Below, piece by piece: positions 22,129 to 34,719 of a stretch of 64,000 nt of DNA. This DNA is from Escherichia coli (GTDB taxonomy: Bacteria > Pseudomonadota > Gammaproteobacteria > Enterobacterales > Enterobacteriaceae), in assembly GCF_013315695.1 (NCBI RefSeq), contig NZ_CP054353.1; one strand, 5' to 3'. Both the position numbers and the translations under genes were made by a program. The notes below the pieces were generated by a model. It was given only the letters and a program-made list of their open reading frames with translations. It ran no database searches and was not told where the DNA came from. The stretch's first letter is position 1. Each line of letters opens with the position of its first letter.

Positions 22129-24030
22129 TTAATGGTCCTCCGCTGCGGCAACCGCTGGATTTTCCGCAGGCAGATCGGTGTTGTTATCACCCAGCATAAT
22201 GTGGTCGAGGATCTGGCGCATCAGCGTACCAACCGCCGGACCCGCGCCACCGTTCTCCAGAATCATGGCGACAGCCACTTGCGGATTGTTGTATGGCGCA
22301 AAGGCGGTCATCAGTTTGTGGTCACGTAAACGCTCGGCAATTTTGTGCGCATTATAGGTTTCGTTCGCTTTCAGGCCGAAGACCTGAGCCGTACCGGATT
22401 TTGCTGCAATTTTGTACGGTGCGCTGGCAAAGTATTTATGCGCCGTACCGTTAGGGCGGTTAGCAACACCGTACATACCGTCTTTTGCCAGCTCCCAGTA
22501 ACCGGAATGAATATCGCCGACGGGCGGTTCATGCGGTTGTACCCATGGCACCTGTTTGCCGTCTTCGGCGGTGCTCATCAGCAAATGCGGAACCTTCACG
22601 ATACCGTCATTAATCAGGATCATCAGTGCCTTACTCATCTGGATTGGGGTCGCTGTCCAGTAACCCTGACCGATACCAACCGGAATGGTGTCACCCTGAT
22701 ACCACGGTTTTTTAAAGCGTTTCTGTTTCCATTCGCGGGTAGGCATGTTGCCGGAACGTTCTTCCGCCAGGTCGATACCGGTGTAATGACCATAACCGAA
22801 TTTACCCATCCATTCGGAGAGGCGATCGATTCCCATATCGTAGGCCACCTGATAGAAGAAGGTATCCGCAGATTCTTCCAGCGATCTTGTGACATTCAGA
22901 CGCCCGTGGCCCCATTTTTTCCAGTCACGATAACGTTTTTCCGAACCTGGCAGTTGCCACCAGCCTGGGTCAAACAGCGTCGTATTGCGCGTGATCACTC
23001 CGGCGCTCAATGCCGAAACCGCCACATAGGGTTTAACTGTAGACGCGGGAGGATAAACCCCCTGTGTGGCGCGGTTCACCAGCGGTGTATTCGGGTCGTT
23101 CAGCAAGGCGGAATAATCTTTGCTGGAGATACCGTCAACAAACAGGTTTGGGTCATAACTAGGCGTGGAAACCAGCGCCAGCACCCCACCTGTACGCGGA
23201 TCGGTGACTACCACAGCTGCGCGGCTACCCGCCAGCAGCGTTTCAATATATTGCTGGAGTTTGAGATCCAGCGTCAGGTAAATATCGTGTCCGGCTTGCG
23301 GTGGTACTTCTTTTAACTGGCGGATAACACGCCCACGGTTGTTAACTTCAACCTCTTCATAACCAGTCTGACCGTGCAGCACGTCTTCATAGTAACGCTC
23401 AATGCCCAGCTTACCTATATCATGCGTTGCCGCATAGTTGGCCAGTTTGCCGTCATTATTCAGGCGTTCGACGTCTTTATCGTTGATTTTCGACACATAG
23501 CCGATGACGTGGGTCAACGCCGAACCGTAAGGATAGTAACGACGTTTATAGCCTTTAACTTCAACACCCGGAAAACGGTACTGATTGACGGCAAAGCGAG
23601 CTACTTGTACTTCGGTCAGGTTAGTTTTCACCGGAATAGAGGTGAAACGGTGTGAACGTGCGCGCTCTTTTCGGAATGCAGCAATATCATCATCGGTCAG
23701 ATCAACCACGCTGCGCAAAGCGTCCAGCGTTTGCTGCACGTTATCGACTTTCTCCGGCATCATTTCTATCTGGTAGATAGTGCGGTTGAGAGCCAGAGGG
23801 ATACCGTTACGGTCGTAGATAATGCCGCGGCTGGGTGCGATAGGCACCAGCTTAATGCGGTTTTCATTAGAGCGGGTCTGGTAGTCGGTAAAGCGAACAA
23901 TTTGCAGATTATACAGGTTGGCGATAAGCACGCCGGTCAGCAGCAAAATCCCCAAAAAGGCGACCAGCGCCCGGCGCACAAACAGCGCGGACTCTGCCGT
24001 ATAGTCGCGAAAAGAGTTCTGTAGTTTCAT
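22129..24030 (-). CDS. mrdA: Penicillin-binding protein 2 (transpeptidase)
   Basis: 633-aa ORF with N-terminal TM segment and transpeptidase STVK / KSGTA motifs. Confidence 0.95.
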   Translation of the reverse strand: MKLQNSFRDYTAESALFVRRALVAFLGILLLTGVLIANLYNLQIVRFTDYQTRSNENRIKLVPIAPSRGIIYDRNGIPLALNRTIYQIEMMPEKVDNVQQTLDALRSVVDLTDDDIAAFRKERARSHRFTSIPVKTNLTEVQVARFAVNQYRFPGVEVKGYKRRYYPYGSALTHVIGYVSKINDKDVERLNNDGKLANYAATHDIGKLGIERYYEDVLHGQTGYEEVEVNNRGRVIRQLKEVPPQAGHDIYLTLDLKLQQYIETLLAGSRAAVVVTDPRTGGVLALVSTPSYDPNLFVDGISSKDYSALLNDPNTPLVNRATQGVYPPASTVKPYVAVSALSAGVITRNTTLFDPGWWQLPGSEKRYRDWKKWGHGRLNVTRSLEESADTFFYQVAYDMGIDRLSEWMGKFGYGHYTGIDLAEERSGNMPTREWKQKRFKKPWYQGDTIPVGIGQGYWTATPIQMSKALMILINDGIVKVPHLLMSTAEDGKQVPWVQPHEPPVGDIHSGYWELAKDGMYGVANRPNGTAHKYFASAPYKIAAKSGTAQVFGLKANETYNAHKIAERLRDHKLMTAFAPYNNPQVAVAMILENGGAGPAVGTLMRQILDHIMLGDNNTDLPAENPAVAAAEDH

Positions 24031-24060
24031 CCGCTGCGTTTTCTACTCAAAGCTCACTTA

Positions 24061-24528
24061 TCACTCACGGTGATAAGGATGGTTGGTGGTGATGCTCCAC
24101 GCCCGGTACAGGCTCTCTGCGACCAGCACGCGAACCAGCGGATGGGGAAGGGTAAGTGCCGACAGCGACCAGCTCTGCTCCGCCGCCGCTTTACAGGCAG
24201 GCGACAACCCTTCAGGCCCGCCAATCAGTAGACTGACGTCGCGACCATCCAGTTTCCAGCGTTCCAGCTCAGCGGCTAACTGCGGCGTATCCCAGGGCTT
24301 GCCTGGAATATCGAGGGTGACAATGCGGTTTTTGCCTGCGGCCGCCAACATCTGCTCACCCTCTTTGTCGAGTATGCGCTTGATGTCCGCATTCTTGCCG
24401 CGTTTTCCGGCCGGAATTTCAATCAGCTCGAAGGGCATATCTTTCGGAAAACGACGCAGGTACTCGGTAAAACCGGTTTGTACCCAGTCCGGCATTTTCG
24501 TTCCCACGGCGACAAGTTGCAGCTTCAC
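24061..24528 (-). CDS. rlmH: 23S rRNA (pseudouridine1915-N3)-methyltransferase RlmH
   Basis: 155-aa [23 protein letters not shown]. Confidence 0.9.
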
Positions 24529-24531
24529 GCA

Positions 24532-24867
<336 letters not shown>

Positions 24868-25108
24868 TCAAATAGATAAAAATGGTCTGTCAGTATACCT
24901 GAACCAGAGGCGATTTCGGGACAATTGTCGCCGAATCGGCTTTCGAAAGTGGGCTATCATCCCACCCCGCGCCGCAGATTGCATCGCCATTTTTGTAAAA
25001 CAATTTCTACAAAGTCGTGTCTGGCGGAAAAAGTCTGGCTGCGGAGAATATCAGCCTGCCCGGGGCTGTCAATGGTCGTTGCGGCTTACCCGTAAAAAAA
25101 CAGAAAAG

Positions 25109-25720
25109 TCATGTATTCTCGATCCCGATGGCACGGCTATTGAGGACGCGTAGCGTCGCGAATTTTTGGTTGATATCAATGGCGCTCCAACACCCTTGAT
25201 CAACGCGAAAATGCCACATAGCCTCGGCAGGCATGCCAATTAAACGAGCGATTAACAGACTCAGTACACCCTGATGGCTGACGACTAAAATATTCTGATA
25301 GTGCTGAAATTCACTAAGCCTTGCGATAAACCGTTCCACACGTTGTGAAAATGCCTGAAATCCTTCACCGTTCGTGGGGATAGCATGCTGCCAGTCATTG
25401 CACCACGCGCTATAGTTTTCGGCATCTTCTTGCATGAGGTCGCGATGATGTCGCATCTCCCAGTCGCCAAAAAACATTTCGTTGAGTTCAGGGATGATTT
25501 GCACGGGGAGCAGGCGATCACTGAGAACCCGTCGCGCGGTATGCTGTGCCCGTTCCAGTTCACTGCATAAAACCAGGTCAAAGGAAACATCATGTAGCAG
25601 CGTATGCAGATTTTGCGCTTGCTCAATACCGCGTGCGGTCAGGGGGGTGGGCGCATGACCGCTGTACAGACCATCGACATTCGCTTGCGTTTCACCATGA
25701 CGAATTAACCACAGTCGCAT
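25109..25720 (-). CDS. cobC: Alpha-ribazole phosphatase / phosphoglycerate-mutase family protein
   Basis: ORF 25109..25723; second Met gives MRLWLIRHGETQAN, 203 aa, with the histidine phosphatase RHGE motif. Confidence 0.85.
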   Translation of the reverse strand: MRLWLIRHGETQANVDGLYSGHAPTPLTARGIEQAQNLHTLLHDVSFDLVLCSELERAQHTARRVLSDRLLPVQIIPELNEMFFGDWEMRHHRDLMQEDAENYSAWCNDWQHAIPTNGEGFQAFSQRVERFIARLSEFQHYQNILVVSHQGVLSLLIARLIGMPAEAMWHFRVDQGCWSAIDINQKFATLRVLNSRAIGIENT

Positions 25721-25743
25721 CATGCCCTCCGTAACGACAGGTA

Positions 25744-26385
25744 TCAGCGATACAAGCCTTGTTGGTTAATGTAAGTCAGTACCGGTTCCGGCAATAAATC
25801 CTCACACGATTCACCGTTTTGCAAACGTTCGCGGATGATGGTCGCCGAGATGTTAAACCACGGCGTTTCAGCCAGATAAATTTTACCGGCAGGCTGAAGG
25901 TGAAGATCTTCCGGGTTATGTGTCAAATGATCTTCCAGCCATTGCTGGTATTGCGGTTGCGCCATTTCAAGTGGGTAACCTGGACGCCGACAGACGATCA
26001 AATGTGCATTGTCGAGTATCGTTTCGTATTCGTACCAGGTCGGAAAGGTCAGCAATGAATCCTGACCAATAATAAACGCCAGCGGCACGTCCGGTCCTTG
26101 TTCCTGCCGCCACTCTTTCAGTGTTTGCGCAGTGTAAGAGGGGGCATTGCGCTTTAGCTCGCGTTCATCAAGAGTAAACAGTGGCTTGTCGGCAATCGCC
26201 AGTTCAAGCATGTGTTTACGCTGCACGCTGTTCGCTTCCGGCTGGGGACGATGCGGAGGAACATTATTAGGGATGATTGTGACCCGCGTCAGACCAATCA
26301 AATTCGCCAGCGTTTCCACGGGTTTAAGATGACCATAGTGCACCGGATCAAAGGTGCCGCCAAACAGAGCCTGTAAAGATTTCAT
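25744..26385 (-). CDS. nadD: Nicotinate-nucleotide adenylyltransferase
   Basis: 213-aa ORF with [11 protein letters not shown] nucleotidyltransferase motif. Confidence 0.92.
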
Positions 26386-26386
26386 A

Positions 26387-27418
26387 TCAACCGTCGATAA
26401 ATACGTCCGCCAGGGGTTTATGGCACAACAGAAGAGATAACCCTTCCAGCTCTGCCCACACTGACTGACCGTAATCTTGTTTGAGGGTGAGTTCCGTTCG
26501 TGTCAGGAGTTGCACGGCCTGACGTAACTGCGGATGGCTTAAGCGATTTAACGCCTCGCCCATCATGCCCCGGCGGTTCTGCCATACCCGATGCTTATCA
26601 AACAACGCACGCAGTGGCGTATGGGCAGACTGGCGTTTCAGGTTAACCAGTAACAACAGTTCACGTTGTAATGTGCGCAACAAAATAACCGGTTCGCTGC
26701 CTTCCAGACGCAGTTGCTGAAGAATATGCAACGCGCGCTTACTTTTTCCCATCAACAAAGCATCAACCCAATGAAAAGGGGTGAAATGCGCGGCATCATT
26801 CACCGCCTGTTCAACGCGAGGTAATGTCAGTTTGCCGTCTGGCCAGAGCAGCGATAAACGCTCCAGTGCCTGAGCCAGCGCCAGCAGGTTACCTTCATAA
26901 CAGTAGCAGAGCACTTGGTTTGCAGCGTCATCCAGTTCTAAGTTGAGCTGTTTTGCACGCGCAGCAACCCAGTGGGGAAGCTGAGCCTGCTCCGGCGTCT
27001 GACAGGTCACCTGCACGCTGCGATTCGCAAGAGCAGTAAACCAGGCAGCATTTTCTTGCGCTTTGCTTAATTTACTACCGCGGACGATCAACAGCAGATC
27101 GTCATGCAGAAGTCCGGTGAGTGTGAGAAGTTGTTCATTGATCGCCGCATTCGGTCCGTTTTCGGGTAACAACAGCAATAGCGTTTGTCGACTGGCAAAC
27201 AGACTCATAGCCTGGCATAACGAAAAGATCGCATTCCAGTCAGTGTTGGGATCAATGGAAAAAGTGTGGTGTTCTTCGAATCCTTGTGCCGCAGCTACCT
27301 GACGAACAGCGTCCTGGCTTTCCTGCAATAACAGAGGGTCGTTACCAAGTAAAAGATACGCCGCGCGCAGCCCTTCATTGAGCTGCGCGCGGAGTTGTTC
27401 CGGGTACAACCGAATCAT
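26387..27418 (-). CDS. holA: DNA polymerase III delta subunit
   Basis: 343-aa [33 protein letters not shown]. Confidence 0.9.
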
Positions 27419-27999
27419 CAGTTACCCAGCGTGGTAGAGACGCGTGCAGGCGTTGCCGGAGTATCCGTTGTGGTCGACGTCTGTTCTTCGTCGGAACGAA
27501 TATCCGCAGCACGGATGCTTGGCAGCTTACGAATCAGCTGTTCGGCAGCACGGTCGTACATCTCTTTAATGATCATTTCCTGCTCGTTATCTTTCGCTAA
27601 CGCCATTTGCGGGTTATCGAAGAACGAACGGAAGACTTTGGCGCTAATCGGGTAGATATCTCGTCCAGGAATCAATACCGACGCGCTAACAGTCATCACC
27701 ATCTGATATTCCGCAGTTTGACCATTACGGAAAACCGACGCGGTATCCTGCGAGATTGATACAGCACCCAAACGCAGGGATGGAACGTCCTTACGCGTGG
27801 TTTCTTTATCAAGCAACTCGACACCATTCAGACGTAACTGGTTACGCACCGCACGGCTTAATGGCCCGTTCGGATCGCCTGAGTCCAGGATCATGACCTT
27901 CATAGTGGAAGGAACCTGCGTGGTATCACGCAGATGCCAGCCACACCCGGCGGTGATTAACACCGCCAGAGATAACAACAATGTTGCCAGATATCGCAC
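27418..27999 (-). CDS. lptE: LPS assembly lipoprotein LptE
   Basis: 193-aa ORF with lipobox ITAGC; 1-bp overlap with the holA start. Confidence 0.9.
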   Translation of the reverse strand: MRYLATLLLSLAVLITAGCGWHLRDTTQVPSTMKVMILDSGDPNGPLSRAVRNQLRLNGVELLDKETTRKDVPSLRLGAVSISQDTASVFRNGQTAEYQMVMTVSASVLIPGRDIYPISAKVFRSFFDNPQMALAKDNEQEMIIKEMYDRAAEQLIRKLPSIRAADIRSDEEQTSTTTDTPATPARVSTTLGN

Positions 28000-28013
28000 G
28001 CTTCCTCCCGCGC

Positions 28014-30596
28014 TTAGCCAACGACCAGATTGAGGAGTTTACCTGGTACGTAAATCACTTTACGCACAGTAACGCCATCGAGATATTTTGCTACCAGATG
28101 TTCCTGGCCAGCACGTTCGCGAACCTGTTCTTCCGTTGCGTCCACCGGAACGGTGATTTTTGCACGGACTTTACCGTTAACCTGCACCACGACCAGCGTG
28201 GAGTCTTCCACCATCGCTTTTTCGTCAGCAACCGGCCACGGTGCGTTGTCGATATCGCCTTCGCCTTTCAGTTCCTGCCACAGCGTGAAGCAGATGTGTG
28301 GGGTGAACGGGTTAAGCATACGGATTACCGCCAGCAGCGCTTCCTGCATCAGGGCGCGATCCTGCTCGCTATCGGTCGGTGCTTTCGCCAGTTTGTTCAT
28401 CAGCTCCATAATCGCCGCAATAGCGGTGTTGAAGGTCTGACGACGGCCGATATCATCGGTCACTTTAGCGATAGTTTTATGCACATCGCGACGCAGCGCT
28501 TTCTGATCTTCAGTCAGTGCATCGACGTTCAGTGCCGCAACACCACCTTTCGCTGTGTGCTCGTAAACCAGTTTCCAGACACGTTTCAGGAAGCGGTTAG
28601 CCCCTTCCACACCGGATTCCTGCCATTCGAGAGTCATATCCGCCGGAGAAGCAAACATCATAAACAGACGAACGGTGTCCGCGCCGTAACGTTCAACCAT
28701 CACCTGCGGGTCGATACCGTTGTTCTTCGACTTGGACATTTTGCTCATGCCGGTATAAACCAGTTCATGACCTGCCGCGTCTTTCGCTTTCACGATACGG
28801 CCTTTCTCGTCACGTTCAACGATAGCATCAACCGGGGAAACCCAGTTACGTTCGCCGTTTTCGCCAACATAGTAGAAGGCATCTGCCAGCACCATACCCT
28901 GACACAGCAACTGTTTCGCTGGTTCGTCAGAGTTCACCATGCCTGCATCACGCATCAGTTTGTGGAAGAAGCGGAAGTAGAGCAGGTGCATAATGGCGTG
29001 TTCGATACCACCAATGTAGATATCCACCGGCAGCCAGTAGTTAGCCGCTTTGGAATCCAGCATACCTTCTTTGTACTCCGGGCAAGTGTAGCGCGCATAG
29101 TACCAGGAGGACTCCATAAAGGTGTCGAAAGTGTCGGTTTCACGCAGCGCTGGCATACCGTTAACGGTAGTTTTTGCCCACTCCGGATCTGCTTTAATCG
29201 GGCTGGTAATACCGTCCATCACCACATCTTCCGGCAGGATCACCGGCAGCTGGTCGTCCGGGGTCGGCATTACGGTACCGTCTTCCAGCGTCACCATCGG
29301 AATCGGCGCGCCCCAGTAACGCTGACGAGAAACACCCCAGTCGCGCAGGCGGTAGTTCACTTTACGCTCGCCAACGCCCATCGCAGTCAGTTTATCGGCG
29401 ATGGCGTTGAAGGCCGCTTCATGGTCAAGACCGTTGAACTCGCCAGAGTTGAACAGCACGCCTTTTTCAGTCAGGGCTTGCTGAGAAAGATCTGGCTCAG
29501 AGCCGTCAGCTGCCAGGATAACCGGTTTGATATTCAGGCCGTATTTAGAGGCAAACTCGTAGTCGCGCTGGTCGTGACCCGGAACCGCCATAACTGCGCC
29601 CGTGCCGTATTCCATCAATACGAAGTTTGCTGCCCAAACGGGAATTTCTTCGCCCGTTAATGGGTGAACCGCTTTAAAGCCAGTATCGACGCCTTTTTTC
29701 TCCATCGTCGCCATTTCAGCTTCGGCAACTTTGGTGTTACGGCATTCGTCAATAAAGGCCGCCAGTTCAGGATTATTTTCCGCCGCTTTCTGCGCCAGCG
29801 GATGACCCGCCGCTACCGCCAGGTAGGTACAACCCATAAAGGTGTCCGGACGGGTAGTGTAAACGGTCAGCGTGTTGTCATAGTCGTTAACGTTGAAGGT
29901 GATTTCCACGCCTTCGGAACGACCGATCCAGTTACGCTGCATGGTTTTAACGGTGTCTGGCCAGTGATCCAGTTTATCCAGATCGTTAAGCAGCTCGTCA
30001 GCGTAAGCAGTGATTTTGATAAACCACTGCGGGATCTCTTTACGTTCAACTTTGGTATCGCAGCGCCAGCAGCAGCCGTCGATAACTTGTTCGTTCGCCA
30101 GTACGGTCTGGTCGTTCGGGCACCAGTTGACCGCAGAAGTCTTTTTATATACCAGGCCTTTTTTATACAGCTCGGTGAAGAATTTCTGTTCCCAACGGTA
30201 GTATTCCGGCGTACAGGTTGCCAGCTCGCGGCTCCAGTCATAACCAAAGCCCAGCATTTTGAGCTGGTTTTTCATGTATGCGATGTTGTCGTACGTCCAC
30301 GGTGCCGGAGCGGTGTTGTTTTTTACCGCCGCGCCTTCCGCAGGCAGACCAAACGCGTCCCAGCCGATCGGCTGCAGGACGTTTTTGCCCAGCATACGCT
30401 GGTAGCGGGCGATCACGTCACCGATGGTGTAGTTACGTACGTGGCCCATGTGTAGTCGACCAGAAGGATAGGGAAGCATAGACAGGCAGTAATACTTCTC
30501 TTTGCTCTCGTCTTCGGTTACTTCAAATGTGCGCTTCTCATCCCAATGAAGCTGTACTTTGGATTCTATCTCTTCCGGGCGGTATTGCTCTTGCAT
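28014..30596 (-). CDS. leuS: Leucyl-tRNA synthetase
   Basis: ORF 28014..30737; ATG at 30594..30596 gives [20 protein letters not shown], 860 aa, with HMGH and KMSKS motifs. Confidence 0.95.
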   Translation of the reverse strand: MQEQYRPEEIESKVQLHWDEKRTFEVTEDESKEKYYCLSMLPYPSGRLHMGHVRNYTIGDVIARYQRMLGKNVLQPIGWDAFGLPAEGAAVKNNTAPAPWTYDNIAYMKNQLKMLGFGYDWSRELATCTPEYYRWEQKFFTELYKKGLVYKKTSAVNWCPNDQTVLANEQVIDGCCWRCDTKVERKEIPQWFIKITAYADELLNDLDKLDHWPDTVKTMQRNWIGRSEGVEITFNVNDYDNTLTVYTTRPDTFMGCTYLAVAAGHPLAQKAAENNPELAAFIDECRNTKVAEAEMATMEKKGVDTGFKAVHPLTGEEIPVWAANFVLMEYGTGAVMAVPGHDQRDYEFASKYGLNIKPVILAADGSEPDLSQQALTEKGVLFNSGEFNGLDHEAAFNAIADKLTAMGVGERKVNYRLRDWGVSRQRYWGAPIPMVTLEDGTVMPTPDDQLPVILPEDVVMDGITSPIKADPEWAKTTVNGMPALRETDTFDTFMESSWYYARYTCPEYKEGMLDSKAANYWLPVDIYIGGIEHAIMHLLYFRFFHKLMRDAGMVNSDEPAKQLLCQGMVLADAFYYVGENGERNWVSPVDAIVERDEKGRIVKAKDAAGHELVYTGMSKMSKSKNNGIDPQVMVERYGADTVRLFMMFASPADMTLEWQESGVEGANRFLKRVWKLVYEHTAKGGVAALNVDALTEDQKALRRDVHKTIAKVTDDIGRRQTFNTAIAAIMELMNKLAKAPTDSEQDRALMQEALLAVIRMLNPFTPHICFTLWQELKGEGDIDNAPWPVADEKAMVEDSTLVVVQVNGKVRAKITVPVDATEEQVRERAGQEHLVAKYLDGVTVRKVIYVPGKLLNLVVG

Positions 30597-30830
30597 GGCA
30601 GCCAGTGGTCCTGTTTTCAATACGGCTACAAATGTAGCGTTGAGGTGGTTTTTCAGATCCGCATAGCATAGCCCAAACGTCCGCGTCAAAACAGCCTTTC
30701 GCGCACTCGACGTTGAAATGATACCCGGATTATTCATACATTAATTTACAGAGTTTGTGGGCGTATTAGCAAAGCAAGGAACAAAGAACGTCTATTATTA
30801 TAGTCAGTTAACGACCCGGGAGATGAAACG

Positions 30831-31313
30831 ATGAACAAGGTTGCTCAATATTACCGTGAACTGGTCGCGTCACTGAGCGAACGCCTGCGTAATGGCGAAC
30901 GTGATATCGACGCACTGGTGGAACAGGCGCGCGAGCGCGTAATAAAAACAGGGGAGTTAACGCGAACCGAGGTCGATGAGCTGACGCGAGCTGTCAGACG
31001 TGACCTGGAAGAGTTCGCCATGAGCTATGAAGAGAGCCTGAAAGAAGAATCTGACAGCGTCTTTATGCGGGTGATTAAAGAAAGCTTGTGGCAGGAGCTG
31101 GCAGACATCACCGATAAAACGCAGCTTGAATGGCGCGAAGTTTTCCAGGACCTCAATCATCATGGGGTTTATCACAGCGGAGAAGTGGTAGGGCTGGGAA
31201 ATCTGGTCTGCGAGAAATGTCACTTCCATCTCCCGATCTACACACCGGAAGTGCTGACGCTATGCCCGAAATGTGGTCATGACCAGTTCCAGAGACGCCC
31301 GTTCGAGCCGTAA
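30831..31313 (+). CDS. ybeL: Uncharacterised protein YbeL
   Basis: 160-aa ORF with C-terminal CxxC...CPKC zinc-ribbon motif; divergent from leuS as in K-12. Confidence 0.85.
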   Translation: MNKVAQYYRELVASLSERLRNGERDIDALVEQARERVIKTGELTRTEVDELTRAVRRDLEEFAMSYEESLKEESDSVFMRVIKESLWQELADITDKTQLEWREVFQDLNHHGVYHSGEVVGLGNLVCEKCHFHLPIYTPEVLTLCPKCGHDQFQRRPFEP

Positions 31314-31327
31314 TGAAATGAGTGGTG

Positions 31328-31352
31328 CCGGATGGAGTGATGTCATCCGGCG
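31328..31352. terminator. Hairpin between convergent ybeL and rihA
   Basis: gccggatg-gagtgatgt-catccggc, perfect 8-bp stem in a 44-bp spacer. Confidence 0.4.
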
Positions 31353-31357
31353 AGTGA

Positions 31358-32293
31358 TTAAGCGTAAAATTTCAGCCGCTCTGCCAGTAAATCAACAAAG
31401 CCCTGACGATCAACATCGACCATTACGGTGGCATTCGGTTTATTGCCAGTCAGATAATAATAATCAACAACCGTCATACCCTGGGTATATCTCCCCTGTG
31501 TTTCCACGCCAACCCAGCGCTCAACAGTGGTAAACAACTCCGGTTTCAACAACCAGGCGATGGTGCATGGGTCATGCAGCGGTGCGCCGACAAAGCCCCA
31601 TTTTTCGTCTTTATGATATTCGAGGAAGAAATCCAGCAGTTCGGCAACAATGGTTGAAACAGGGTTGCCAATGGCGCGGAAACGCTCGGTGTCCTCAACG
31701 TGAATTTGTGCTTTGTGAGTAACATCCAGACCGGCCATCACCACCGGGATCCCTGACTGGAAGACAATTTCTGCCGCTTCCGGGTCAACGTAAATATTAA
31801 ATTCAGCCGCAGGCGTCCAGTTACCAAGCCCCATTGCGCCGCCCATAATCACGATACGGGCAATTTTGCTATGCAGTTCCGGGTGGCTATTGAGCAGCAA
31901 GGCAACGTTAGTTTGCGGTCCGGTAGAAACAATGGTGACAGGTTCCTCACTTTCACACAGCGTTTTCGCCATCAGCTCCACCGCCGTACAGTTTTGCGGT
32001 GCGAACGTCGGTTCCGGTAATGCAGGGCCGTCGAGACCGCTTTCGCCGTGCACATTGTCCGCGATAATCAACTCACGCATTAACGGTTTTACCGCGCCGC
32101 CTGCTACCGGAATATCGGTGCGATTAAGCAAGGTCAGCATACGCAGAACATTGCGTAAGGTTTTTTCTGGTGTCTGGTTTCCGGCGGAAGACGTAATTGC
32201 TTTGACATCAAGCTCTGGTGAGGCGAGGGCGAGAACGATTGCGATAGCGTCATCATGACCAGGGTCGCAATCTAACAGAATTGGCAGTGCCAT
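31358..32293 (-). CDS. rihA: Pyrimidine-specific ribonucleoside hydrolase RihA
   Basis: ORF 31358..32326; ATG at 32291..32293 gives [20 protein letters not shown], 311 aa, with the DxDxxxDD nucleoside-hydrolase motif. Confidence 0.9.
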   Translation of the reverse strand: MALPILLDCDPGHDDAIAIVLALASPELDVKAITSSAGNQTPEKTLRNVLRMLTLLNRTDIPVAGGAVKPLMRELIIADNVHGESGLDGPALPEPTFAPQNCTAVELMAKTLCESEEPVTIVSTGPQTNVALLLNSHPELHSKIARIVIMGGAMGLGNWTPAAEFNIYVDPEAAEIVFQSGIPVVMAGLDVTHKAQIHVEDTERFRAIGNPVSTIVAELLDFFLEYHKDEKWGFVGAPLHDPCTIAWLLKPELFTTVERWVGVETQGRYTQGMTVVDYYYLTGNKPNATVMVDVDRQGFVDLLAERLKFYA

Positions 32294-32410
32294 TGTTGCT
32301 CCTTGTTGTGTGCTTCTTTGCGACAAGGGTACCGCCAGGATGTAACAGATACGAGGAGCGAAACGATAAAGCGTGAGATGGCGCGCACTTGGGTATGCGC
32401 GCCAGAGTGA

Positions 32411-33136
32411 TTAATGCAGGATTTTTGCGAGGAAGTCTTTTGCGCGGTCCGATTTCGGATCATCGAAGAAAGCGTCTTTCGGCGAGTCTTCGACAATTTT
32501 ACCCTCGTCCATAAAGATCACCCGATTCGCCACTTTACGGGCAAAGCCCATTTCGTGGGTCACCACCATCATGGTCATTCCTTCGTTCGCCAGTTCCACC
32601 ATCACGTCCAGCACTTCGTTGATCATCTCCGGATCCAGCGCCGATGTCGGTTCGTCGAACAGCATCGCTATAGGATCCATGCACAATGCGCGAGCGATCG
32701 CCACACGCTGCTGCTGACCGCCGGAAAGCTGCGCCGGAAACTTATTGGCATGAGCGGAAAGCCCGACGCGCTCCAGCAATTTCAATGCTTTTTCACGAGC
32801 GGGGGCTTTATCGCGTTTAAGCACTTTCACCTGCGCCAGGGTCAGGTTTTCAATAATCGACAAATGGGGGAACAACTCGAAATGCTGGAACACCATCCCG
32901 ACGCGGGAACGCAGCTTTGCCAGATCGGTTTTCTTATCGTTAACCACGATACCATCGACGGTAATTTCACCTTGCTGCACCGGTTCGAGGCCGTTGACGG
33001 TTTTAATCAGCGTTGATTTGCCGGAACCAGACGGGCCGCAAACCACCACCACTTCGCCTTTTTTCACTTCGGTTGAGCAGTCGGTCAGCACCTGAAAGTG
33101 ACCATACCATTTTGAAACATTTTTCAGGGTAATCAT
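32411..33136 (-). CDS. gltL: Glutamate/aspartate ABC transporter ATP-binding protein
   Basis: 241-aa ORF with Walker [10 protein letters not shown] and LSGGQQQR signature. Confidence 0.95.
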   Translation of the reverse strand: MITLKNVSKWYGHFQVLTDCSTEVKKGEVVVVCGPSGSGKSTLIKTVNGLEPVQQGEITVDGIVVNDKKTDLAKLRSRVGMVFQHFELFPHLSIIENLTLAQVKVLKRDKAPAREKALKLLERVGLSAHANKFPAQLSGGQQQRVAIARALCMDPIAMLFDEPTSALDPEMINEVLDVMVELANEGMTMMVVTHEMGFARKVANRVIFMDEGKIVEDSPKDAFFDDPKSDRAKDFLAKILH

Positions 33137-33810
33137 TATGCTGTCCTTCTTTTCAAGTAGCTGACCAACAACGATGCGCTAAGGCTAATAACGAAATAAA
33201 CAAATCCGGCAAACAGGATCATCTCGACCTGCGTACCATCACGCTCACCAATGGTTGAGGCGGTACGGAAGAAATCGGCCAGAGATAACACATACACCAG
33301 TGAGGTATCCTGGAACAGTACGATGCCCTGAGTGAGCAGAAGCGGCACCATCGCGCGGAAAGCCTGCGGCAGAATAATCAGTTTCATCGACTGCCAGTGA
33401 GTCATCCCCAACGCCAGCGCGGCGCTCGACTGACCACGGGAAATACTTTGAATACCGGCACGGATAATCTCTGAATAGTAGGCCGCTTCAAACATCGAAA
33501 ACGCCACCATTGCCGAAATTAAACGGATATCATTTTTTGGCGATAATCCCAGCACGTTTTGCAGAAATCCCGGCACAATCAGGTAAAACCACAGCAAAAC
33601 CATAACTAAAGGAATCGAGCGGAATACGTTAACGTAGGCTTTGGCAAACCACGCTACGGGCGCAAAGCTGGACAAGCGCATCACCGCCAGCATGGTGCCC
33701 CATAAAATACCAATCACCACTGCCGTGACGGTGATTTTCAGGGTGATCACCAGCCCATCCAGCAGATATGGCAGGGAAGGGACAATGGAACTCCAGTCAA
33801 ACTCGTACAT
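33136..33810 (-). CDS. gltK: Glutamate/aspartate ABC transporter permease
   Basis: 224-aa membrane ORF; operon position. Confidence 0.9.
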
Positions 33811-34550
33811 TATTTGCCCCCCATGTTGCCGGGCAGGCGAACTTTACGTTCAACCAGCGTCATTACCAGCATGATAACCGCGTTAATCAACACATACGCA
33901 AGCGTAATGGCGGTAAACGACTCCCAGGCATGAGCTGAGTAATCGAGCAATTTACCCGCCTGCGCCGCCATATCTACCAGACCGATAGTCGAGGCGATGG
34001 CGGAGTTTTTCACCAGGTTCATCATCTCGGAGGTCATCGGCGGGACGATAACGCGATAAGCATTAGGCAGCAGTACATAGCGGTAAGCCTGCGGTAGCGT
34101 CAGACCCATTGCCAGCGCGGCATTCTTTTGCCCACGCGGCAACGACTGAATCGCGGCGCGTACCTGTTCGCAAACACGGGCGGCGGTAAACAGCCCCAGG
34201 CAGAGCATGGATGAAAGGAAAAACTGAATATTGGGATCCAGCTCGGCCTTAAACCACATGCCGATTTTCTCTGGCAGCAGCTCCGGGATCACCAGATACC
34301 AGGTAAAGAATTGCACAATCAACGGCACGTTGCGGAACAGTTCGACATACAACGTACCCAGACCGGAGAGAAAACGGTTTGGAACGGTACGTAAAATGCC
34401 GAAAAATGAACCGACGAGGAAAGCGATAATCCAGGCGCAGATCGACAAAGCGATCGTCACCTGAAAACCACTCCAGATCCAACCAAGATAGGTGGTGTTG
34501 CCGAACGGGGCTTGTTGTAAAAAAATACCCCAGTTCCAGTCTATAGACAT
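33810..34550 (-). CDS. gltJ: Glutamate/aspartate ABC transporter permease
   Basis: 246-aa membrane ORF; operon position. Confidence 0.9.
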
Positions 34551-34554
34551 AAAT

Positions 34555-34715
34555 CTACTCCAGAAAAAAGAGGGTAGCAGCGTTAACTGCTACCCTCGAA
34601 GATTGTTACCCAGCGTATTGCGGTTTTCAGGCCCGATGGGGAACGACCATCAGGCGTATAGTCTGTCCGTGCTACGTAACAATCGAGAGGGCTGGAATTT
34701 CCGCCCCTGGTTCTT
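34555..34715 (-). ncRNA. sroC: SroC sRNA region (processed from the gltI-gltJ spacer; GcvB sponge)
   Basis: 169-bp structured spacer between gltI and gltJ; SroC is known to derive from this spacer in E. coli and Salmonella. Ends are approximate. Confidence 0.4.
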
Positions 34716-34719
34716 GTAA

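Noticed and set aside
30597..30737. N-terminal extensions of ORFs in the track (leuS to 30737, gltI to 35703, citC to 6975, fldA to 60567, seqA from 61837, dpiB from 7207, rihA to 32326, ybfE to 60952)
   Set aside because: Internal ATG codons with better ribosome-binding sites reproduce the known protein N-termini; the extensions are upstream in-frame leader sequence (in gltI they run through the GcvB target site).
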